Positions 57,178-64,000 of a stretch of DNA of 64,000 bases are shown in pieces. The position numbers and the translations under genes were made by a program. Positions within the stretch are counted from its first letter, which is position 1; every line of letters begins with the position of its first letter. The stretch is from assembly GCA_963663385.2 (NCBI GenBank), contig CAXXXD010000002.1, forward strand, positions 768,001-832,000. The letters are read 5' to 3'. The stretch comes from Oceanispirochaeta sp. (GTDB taxonomy: Bacteria > Spirochaetota > Spirochaetia > DSM-2461). The notes under the pieces are model-generated. The model was given only the letters and a program-made list of their open reading frames with translations. It ran no database searches and was not told where the DNA came from.

Positions 57178-58485
57178 TCAGGAAACCAGATCGCCTGTCA
57201 GGGAGAGACCTGTGGAACCAGTTATTTTAACCCGGCAGAACCGGCCGGTCATATCATCCGCTTCTCCTGTGAAGTGGATATTGATCTTTCCTTCGGTCAG
57301 TCCGGCGTACTTTTTTTCGTCCCGGGATTTCCCCGTTACCAGAACGGTCTGTTCTGTTCCGACAAGTTTTCTGTTGAATTCTCCGGCGCTTTTGATAAAT
57401 ACATCCGATAGAATATGAAGGCGTTCTTTTTTTATTTCCTGAGCAACTTCGTCTTCCCAGCGGGCGCTGACGGCTCCCGGTCGGGGGGAGTATGTGGCGA
57501 TAAAAGCCATATTATAGCGGAATTCCGCCAAAGCCCGGCGGGTATTTTCAAACTGTTCATCCGTTTCGGTGGTAAATCCGACAATGATGTCGGTAAAGAT
57601 TGTCGCTTCGGGCATAAGTTCCCGGATTTTATGTACAATCTTTCTGTAATCTTCCAGACTGTATTTCCGGTTCATTTTTTTCAGTACTTCGTTATCTCCG
57701 GATTGGAGAGGAAGGTGAACCTGTTTCGCCAGACACTTATACCGGGACATTATCTCCAGAACGTCATCGGTCATATCCCTGGGGTGGGGAGACGTAAAGT
57801 AGACCCAGAAGGGCGTATCCGATTCCTCGCCTTTTTTACCTATCTCTTCCAGAAGCCGGGGGAAGGTCAGTTCCTCCCCTTTTTTATCCAGGCCATAGGA
57901 GTTCACATTCTGTCCCAGAAGGGTAATGGATTTATACCCTTTGCCGATCAGACTGTCCAGTTCATCCAGAACTTCACCGGATGGGCGGGAGACTTCCCGG
58001 CCCCTGGTATAGGGAACCGCGCAGTAGGTACAGAACTTGTCGCAGCCGTTCTGAATGGGGATGAAGGCTTCGTAACCGGACTGATAGGAGGGATCAATGT
58101 GCCAGAACTCCTCCTGGTTGTGATGCTTCAGGCCTGTGGGAGTTACAATCCCGTATTGACTGATCATTTCGGGTAGACCCGCAATATCATTTGTTTCAAA
58201 CACCAGGTCGAAGGATTTCAAAAAGGTTTTCCTGTCTTTCGGCAGGAGACATCCCGTGACAAAGGTTATCAGGTTCCTGTCCTTTTTCCATTTGTTCCAG
58301 AGATGGATCCGGGTGTGTACCTTATCGATGGCTTTCTGCCGGACCGAACAGGCGATAATCCCCAGAATATCCGCTTCTTCCTCTTTTTCCGTGGGTTCGA
58401 ATCCCATATCCTTAAAGACCGTTTTCAATCGTTCCGAATCGGACAGATTCATTTGACAGCCGAGGGTCAATACATAATATTTCAT
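57178..58485 (-). CDS. miaB: tRNA-2-methylthio-N6-dimethylallyladenosine synthase
   Basis: TLGCQMN, ACSVR, radical SAM CDKFCTYC, LLGQNVNSY, TSPHPRD, YSPRPG, TRAM domain. Confidence 0.92.
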   Translation of the reverse strand: MKYYVLTLGCQMNLSDSERLKTVFKDMGFEPTEKEEEADILGIIACSVRQKAIDKVHTRIHLWNKWKKDRNLITFVTGCLLPKDRKTFLKSFDLVFETNDIAGLPEMISQYGIVTPTGLKHHNQEEFWHIDPSYQSGYEAFIPIQNGCDKFCTYCAVPYTRGREVSRPSGEVLDELDSLIGKGYKSITLLGQNVNSYGLDKKGEELTFPRLLEEIGKKGEESDTPFWVYFTSPHPRDMTDDVLEIMSRYKCLAKQVHLPLQSGDNEVLKKMNRKYSLEDYRKIVHKIRELMPEATIFTDIIVGFTTETDEQFENTRRALAEFRYNMAFIATYSPRPGAVSARWEDEVAQEIKKERLHILSDVFIKSAGEFNRKLVGTEQTVLVTGKSRDEKKYAGLTEGKINIHFTGEADDMTGRFCRVKITGSTGLSLTGDLVS

Positions 58486-58495
58486 GATGCTGTAA

Positions 58496-59272
58496 CTATT
58501 TTCCTTTAAACCAGGCAATCACTTCGTCTGCCACTTCTTCCTTGTCACATCCGTCGACAATAACGTGGGGACTTTCTTTCAGGACAACCCGTTTTGTTTC
58601 TGTGCTGGCAATACCTTTCTCTATAATATCCGCTGCCTCAGGTGGTACCGTTTTATCCCCTAAGGAGACAATAGTCAAGGCGGGAGCTGTTACATCACAG
58701 AGTTTTTTTGCCGCCATTTTCTGCAGTATGATAAGATCCTCTATTTTGGCCGTATCATAAAAAGCCCAGTACTCTTTGCCTATCTCTTTCCGCTCTGCCA
58801 GTTCCTCATCATCCGGAGACCATCCGCTTTCTACGGACTTGACGAAATACTTCAGATAGGGAGCTGAATAAAAAAGCTTGTTGTATATTAGAACCGCCGG
58901 AGCCATCAGGGCTATCCTGTCGGGATTGAAGTTCTCGGCCAGAAGGAGGGTAAGTACGGCGCCCATGGAGAGGCCTGCAACATACACTTTCTTATGACGG
59001 CTTTTAAGATTCAGGTACTCATCGACTACACAGCGGAGCCAGTCCCTGTATCCCGACTCATGAAAGTCATACCGGTTTGTGCCGTGACCGGGCAGGCGGG
59101 GACAGGATACCGTATACCCTTCATCTGCCAACCGGCTGAACAGATAGCTGAATTCTCCTGTTATTCCACGGTGGCCATGAATCAGGAGAACTGCTTCATC
59201 GCCCCCTTTATGAAAAAGAGACTGCCCCAGAGGGAAGATACTTGTTGCTGCTGGTATTTTTCTGAAATTCAT
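58496..59272 (-). CDS. Alpha/beta-fold carboxylesterase / monoacylglycerol lipase-like protein
   Basis: LLIHG, LPGHG, nucleophile elbow GLSMG, D..V and H of the triad. Confidence 0.85.
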   Translation of the reverse strand: MNFRKIPAATSIFPLGQSLFHKGGDEAVLLIHGHRGITGEFSYLFSRLADEGYTVSCPRLPGHGTNRYDFHESGYRDWLRCVVDEYLNLKSRHKKVYVAGLSMGAVLTLLLAENFNPDRIALMAPAVLIYNKLFYSAPYLKYFVKSVESGWSPDDEELAERKEIGKEYWAFYDTAKIEDLIILQKMAAKKLCDVTAPALTIVSLGDKTVPPEAADIIEKGIASTETKRVVLKESPHVIVDGCDKEEVADEVIAWFKGK

Positions 59273-59315
59273 AAGTCAAAGATAACAAAGAACTGATCTT
59301 TGTAAAAGAAGAAAA

Positions 59316-60176
59316 TCAGGACTCACTCTCAATAATCGCTTCATTGGTCGGGTTCTCGGGAATATCTTCCCTGATCTGATTCTCTTCCGGTTCGGAAGGC
59401 TTTTCCGGATCGCAGGATTCTACTGTCCCCTCGCCGGGAAAGAGGGGATGAAGCAGGTGGGTCAGGCAAACGGAAAAGGAAAGATTCAGGCGGATGATAT
59501 AAAAACCGTCTACTTCCGTTGATGCCGTATAATCGGCCAGAGTTGCACTTAACGAGAACGGAAATTCTCTGCTGTAGAATTCCAGTAGAAAAGAATCGGT
59601 GAGGTTCTTCAATAACGTTTCTTCTGTATCGATAAAGAAGGTGGCCCTGTTTAAAGAGATATCGATCAGCCTGACAGGCAGTTTGTCTCCCTCGTCCCTT
59701 CTGATATGGGCTATCTTTTCCAGACCGATCGGGAGTATCTCCTTCAGGGAGAAAATCCTGGATTTAAACTCGCTCGCATCATACATCTGAAAATACAGAG
59801 TCTTTCTCTGAAAATAATCAATAAGAATTCGATTGTAAATGTCAGGGGTATTCTGAAAATCCGCTGTTAACAGGCATTGGTTCCGGCTGCTGTTCAGCTG
59901 CCGGAAATCACGCAGCTGCAGCCTTATAAACAGGGGAACCGGTTTTTTATAATCGGGCAGATTGAATTCAAGGTGAAGCATCAGGACGGAATCATTGCCT
60001 TCCGTAATAATTTTCTGCTCCCTCGGGCTGAGAATCAGAAGAACCTTGCAGGATTTCAGGGAAAGGGCATAGGGTACGCAGGACAGTTTATAGTCATCGG
60101 TTTTGATTAGACACCTGTTTCGGATAATTCCCAGATTATGAATTAAAAAAGGGTTAAGTGTTATTGTGTCTTCCAT
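59316..60176 (-). CDS. Spirochaete PlzA-like (PilZN3 + PilZ) protein with degenerate c-di-GMP motifs
   Basis: LSCVPYALSLKSCKVLLIL N-terminal pattern; LIDIS in the second domain. Confidence 0.55.
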   Translation of the reverse strand: MEDTITLNPFLIHNLGIIRNRCLIKTDDYKLSCVPYALSLKSCKVLLILSPREQKIITEGNDSVLMLHLEFNLPDYKKPVPLFIRLQLRDFRQLNSSRNQCLLTADFQNTPDIYNRILIDYFQRKTLYFQMYDASEFKSRIFSLKEILPIGLEKIAHIRRDEGDKLPVRLIDISLNRATFFIDTEETLLKNLTDSFLLEFYSREFPFSLSATLADYTASTEVDGFYIIRLNLSFSVCLTHLLHPLFPGEGTVESCDPEKPSEPEENQIREDIPENPTNEAIIESES

Positions 60177-60254
60177 AGGGGGGGGGCTTCCTACCTTTTC
60201 CCGGACGAAAAATCTATTCCATTATAGCACTGAAAAGCACTATTATACCAATAA

Positions 60255-61196
60255 TTAATGGAATAAAGCTCCAATACTCTCTCCTGTATGAATCCTTTTT
60301 ATTGCTTCCGAGAAAAGAGGCGCTATGGTCAGGCAGTGCAGTCCGGTAAAGACTTTTGTCTCCGGGATATGGACCGTGTTTGTTACTACAACAGTATCGA
60401 TCGGGGATGCTTTCAGGTTCTCCACGGCCCTTCCGCAGAGTACCGGATGTACCGCTCCGGTTACAATTTTTTTTACACCGGTTTTTTCAAGGGTTTCCGC
60501 TGTTTTGCAGATGGTTCCCCCTGTTGATATTTCATCATCAAAGACAATGGCTGTCCGGTTTTTCACATCTCCCACGACTTCTCCCTGGATAACTTCCGTA
60601 TCGCTGATCCGTCTTTTATCGATAATGGCCAGGGGAACCCCAAGCTGCTGGGCAAAACGCCCGGCTCTTTTGGCTCCTCCCGCATCGGTGGCTACCGTAA
60701 CCAGATCCGGGAGTTCGTAATGTTCCCTGAAATAGTCAGCCATGATGGGAATGGCTGTCAGATGATCAACGGGTACACTGAAAAAACCGTGAACCTGGTC
60801 GGAGTGAAGGTCCATGGTCAGAATGCGGCCGGCTCCTGATGCCTTGAGCAGGTCCGCTATAAGACGGGCTGTGATAGAGATCCGGGGGGCGTCCTTCTTG
60901 TCAGAGCGGGCATAGGAGTAGTAGGGGATTACCGCTGTAATCCGCCCGGCGGAGGCGCTCCGCAGGGCATCCAGGGTAATCAGCAGAGTCATCAGGTTCT
61001 GGCTGACCGGTTCTGTCAGGGGCTGTACGACAAAAACATCCCTTTCCCGTACATTCTCCTGAATCTGTACGGAAAGGTTATCGTTGGAAAAGCGGGAGAC
61101 TTCCATCGGGCTTAATTCGATGCCCAGATTCTGACATATCTGTCCGGTAAGATCCGGATTGGCACCGCCGCAGAAAACCTTCAGCTTATCTTTCAT
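60255..61196 (-). CDS. prs: Ribose-phosphate pyrophosphokinase
   Basis: VIPYYSYARSDKK, MDLH..Q..GFF, DAGG, IDKRR, DDEISTGGT. Confidence 0.93.
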   Translation of the reverse strand: MKDKLKVFCGGANPDLTGQICQNLGIELSPMEVSRFSNDNLSVQIQENVRERDVFVVQPLTEPVSQNLMTLLITLDALRSASAGRITAVIPYYSYARSDKKDAPRISITARLIADLLKASGAGRILTMDLHSDQVHGFFSVPVDHLTAIPIMADYFREHYELPDLVTVATDAGGAKRAGRFAQQLGVPLAIIDKRRISDTEVIQGEVVGDVKNRTAIVFDDEISTGGTICKTAETLEKTGVKKIVTGAVHPVLCGRAVENLKASPIDTVVVTNTVHIPETKVFTGLHCLTIAPLFSEAIKRIHTGESIGALFH

Positions 61197-63025
61197 GTAT
61201 TTTTTCCCAGTACCTTAAGGGCCAGTTCCACCTTGCCGAAAGGAGCGCTGACCTGAAATCCCTGAACGTATTTCTCTATGGACTCGCATATCTCAGAGGC
61301 TATCCTGATACCTTCAGCAATACCTTCTTCCCTTGTTTGGCAACGGCTCATCCTTTCCATGACTGAGTCGGGAACTTCCACTCCCGGTACTTCATTCCGC
61401 ATAAACTCGGCGTTCTTGTAACTCACAAGGGGCCATACCCCGGCAATAACGGGGATCTCCTTAAAGGCTGCAGCCTTTTCCAGAAAGTTCAGAAGAGCCA
61501 TGGGATCAAAAACAGGCTGGGTAATGGCGAATTCGGCCCCTGCTTCGATTTTTTTACGGTACCGGTCCAGTTCCAGTCCGGGAGAAACGGCACAGGGATT
61601 GGCACCCACTCCTGTAAAGATAGATGTGGGGGGCGACAGGGGATTCCCGCCGAAATCCCGCCCGTGGTTCATATTATGAACAACCTGTGTCAGACCTATG
61701 GCATCTACATCAAAAACCCCCGTAACCTCGGGGTAATCCCCCGATTTGGGCGGATCTCCCGTAATAACCAGGAAGTTCTTTAATCCAGCGGCAACACTGC
61801 CCAGGATGTCCGACTGCATCCCCAGCAGATTCCGGTCCCGGCAGGTGTAGTGCAGAACCGCTTCTATTCCGGCGTCTTTCTGTACCGCCGCTGCAGCAAT
61901 CATGGGAGACACCCTGGCGCTGGCCCGGGGGCCGTCGGGAATATTGATGGCATCGACGCCGTGATAGGCACAGATGCGGGCTTTATTGATAAACGGGGTA
62001 AGATCTGTGCTCCTGGGCGGGGTAATCTCGATGGAGGTAACCTTGACCCCCTGTTTAAGCAGGCAGGCCAGACGGGATTTTTCCTCCTGGGGAACGGGCT
62101 GGAAATCGCCGTCCGATTGTACGACGGCTTTTATCTCTATATGTTTTTTGACAACACTGATGGATTTTACAGACCGGGCGGCAATCCTTATATGATCGGG
62201 GGTGGTCCCGCAGCAGCCGCCTACGCCCCTGACCCCGAGCTCCATGAATTTCTTGGCGTATTCGGAAAAGTATTCGGGGTTGGAGAGATAGATCATGCGC
62301 CCGTCCAGCTCCTTGGGAAACCCCGCATTGGGCATAATAATGACCGGTTTTTTCGTATAATCCATTGCCTCCTGAACCCATTCATAAAGATGGGAGGGGC
62401 CGGTTCCGCAGTTCAGGCCGATAATCTGTACGGCAGGGCTTTTATTCAGCTTGTCCATGACAATCCGCAGGCTCTCCCCCCCGGGAGTATACCCTTCTTC
62501 GGTCAGGGTGAAGGAGGTACAAACAGGCAATCCTGCAGAGGAAACCGCTTCTGCCGCCAGAAGGAGTTCGGCGCTGTGGCTGAATGTTTCCAGAAGGATC
62601 ATATCCACACCGCCTTCCTTCAGGGCTTCCGCCTGCTCTTTGAATACGGCGGACAGCTCCTCTTTCCTGTCATCCGTTACTATCTGGCCTGACTTGAGAC
62701 AGGGCCCCATGGATCCCGCCACGTAGGCGTCGTCTCCGGCTTCTTTACGGGCCAGCACCGCCGCCGCCTTATTTATCTCGGCGACCTTGTCGCCCAGACC
62801 GTGTTCGGTCAGTTTTATCCGGTTGGCTCCAAAACTGTTTGTTTCAAGTACATCCGCGCCGGCTTCTTTATATTCCCTGTGTATTTCACTAACTATATCC
62901 GGGGAGATCAGGTTTAATTCGTCATAACAGCGGTTGATGAAGATTCCCTTGCTGTACAACATTGTACCCATGGCGCCATCGAATACCAGGGGCTGCTCTT
63001 TTATTCTTTCAAGAATGGGTTTCAT
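61193..63025 (-). CDS. Bifunctional homocysteine S-methyltransferase / methylenetetrahydrofolate reductase (YitJ-like)
   Basis: DGAMGT, GLNCG, PNAG, GGCCGT; second domain HYTCRDRN, ITGDPP, ITQPVFD. Confidence 0.92.
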   Translation of the reverse strand: MKPILERIKEQPLVFDGAMGTMLYSKGIFINRCYDELNLISPDIVSEIHREYKEAGADVLETNSFGANRIKLTEHGLGDKVAEINKAAAVLARKEAGDDAYVAGSMGPCLKSGQIVTDDRKEELSAVFKEQAEALKEGGVDMILLETFSHSAELLLAAEAVSSAGLPVCTSFTLTEEGYTPGGESLRIVMDKLNKSPAVQIIGLNCGTGPSHLYEWVQEAMDYTKKPVIIMPNAGFPKELDGRMIYLSNPEYFSEYAKKFMELGVRGVGGCCGTTPDHIRIAARSVKSISVVKKHIEIKAVVQSDGDFQPVPQEEKSRLACLLKQGVKVTSIEITPPRSTDLTPFINKARICAYHGVDAINIPDGPRASARVSPMIAAAAVQKDAGIEAVLHYTCRDRNLLGMQSDILGSVAAGLKNFLVITGDPPKSGDYPEVTGVFDVDAIGLTQVVHNMNHGRDFGGNPLSPPTSIFTGVGANPCAVSPGLELDRYRKKIEAGAEFAITQPVFDPMALLNFLEKAAAFKEIPVIAGVWPLVSYKNAEFMRNEVPGVEVPDSVMERMSRCQTREEGIAEGIRIASEICESIEKYVQGFQVSAPFGKVELALKVLGKNT

Positions 63026-63101
63026 TAATCTCTCCTTGGATTTGTATAATTGAATTATCCATAATTATTGAGAATTGATCAAAGGGGATCGAAATTCTCT
63101 T

Positions 63102-64000
63102 TCAGACCGCAAAATATTTGGCCTGCGGGTGATGGGCCACAAGAGCCGAAGTACTCTGTTCCGGAACCATTTCATAGTTTTCCGTCAGGCTGATCCCTAT
63201 CCTTTCGGGTTTCAGCATGGCAAAGAGCAGTTTGTGCGCACTGATATCGGGGCAGGACGGGTAGCCGAATCCGTAGCGGGACCCCTGGTATTTCTGAGTG
63301 ATATAGCCCTGAATCCCTTCCGGTTCACTTCCGGCAATCCCCATTTCCCGGCGCATCCTGCGGTGCCAGTACTCTGCCAGCGCATCAGTGAATTCCACAC
63401 TGAAGGCATGCAGCATCATGTAGTCATGGTAGGCATCCGCTTTATAGAGTTCCGCGGTCCTTTTACTGACCTCTTCTCCGATCGTTACAACGAAAAGGCC
63501 CGCCACATCGCCCCCCTCTTCAGCGTTTTTAAAATAGTCGGACAGGCAGATAAACGGGGCTTCATTCTGGCGGGGAAAGTCAAAGTCGATTTCCTTCCCC
63601 TCATGGGTCATAACAAGGTGGTTCCCCCGGCTTTCGCAGGGGAAGTACCCGTAGGCCGCTGAGGGGGTAATCAGTTTTTCATCCCTGAACTGCCGGCAGA
63701 ACTCCTGATAGAGGGGTTCCACTTCGGTCCGGATCAGCTTTTCATACTCCCCGTTTGTCATTTTTCCCCGGCGGTATCCCCAGCGGCCCCGGAAAAGGGC
63801 CTGTTTATTAATCAGGGAAAGGACTTCTTCAATATCTATATCCGTAACAATGCGGTCTCCCGTGAAAGGCGGTTCCGGGACTGTGTTATCCCGGGTAATT
63901 TCCGATTTCTGTCCCGGAAGAACGGATTTCTCACCGGCCGTTTCTTCCCAGAAAGCCGGTTCCAGTTTTCCCTCTTCGAAGTCCCGGACTTTTTTCAGGG
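63102..64000 (-). CDS. metH: Cobalamin-dependent methionine synthase, C-terminal activation domain; 5' truncated by window edge
   Basis: Frame is open to the window end (...PEPPFTG...LFRGRWGY); FDFPRQ, ALAEYWH, RYGFGYPSCPD, PEQSTSA..HHPQAKYF. Confidence 0.9.
   Translation of the reverse strand, partial: LKKVRDFEEGKLEPAFWEETAGEKSVLPGQKSEITRDNTVPEPPFTGDRIVTDIDIEEVLSLINKQALFRGRWGYRRGKMTNGEYEKLIRTEVEPLYQEFCRQFRDEKLITPSAAYGYFPCESRGNHLVMTHEGKEIDFDFPRQNEAPFICLSDYFKNAEEGGDVAGLFVVTIGEEVSKRTAELYKADAYHDYMMLHAFSVEFTDALAEYWHRRMRREMGIAGSEPEGIQGYITQKYQGSRYGFGYPSCPDISAHKLLFAMLKPERIGISLTENYEMVPEQSTSALVAHHPQAKYFAV

Overview
A 64 kb chromosomal window, most likely from a free-living spirochaete of the Spirochaetaceae. 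This is inferred from the SBP signal-peptide style, spirochaetal lipoboxes, the rpsT-HU-lnt-bactofilin-rho-rpmE block and a PlzA-like protein. I found no rRNA, tRNA, CRISPR array, integrase or transposase. Main content: a sugar ABC transporter with a YesM/YesN-type two-component system, a dpp ABC operon, a hybrid kinase, rlmB, leuA-leuB, a GlpA-like 3-gene oxidoreductase operon and a housekeeping block (dusB, tatD, M23-bactofilin, ricT, rpsT, HU, lnt, rho, rpmE, surE, miaB, prs, yitJ-like, metH). The best candidate for an undescribed system lies at 26.4-38.6 kb. It is an operon of cysD, cysN, cysteate synthase, a SulA/CapB-type cysteate acyltransferase (with the diagnostic Lys251/Lys281 pair) and APS reductase, i.e. 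a sulfate-to-capnine sulfonolipid route in a spirochaete. It is followed by a single-polypeptide 2-oxoacid dehydrogenase E1alpha-E1beta-lipoyl-FabH fusion that could supply iso-branched acyl primers. Other highlights: a TGACA-N13-TGTCA palindrome upstream of dppA, leuA and the fusion gene; a -1 frameshift site joining ChlI-like and vWA halves of a chelatase gene; a recombination scar that leaves an orphan divergent C-terminus behind a mosaic lipoprotein gene; two Cys-rich small ORFs missed by the ORF track; and a family of dispersed GC-rich intergenic palindromes.
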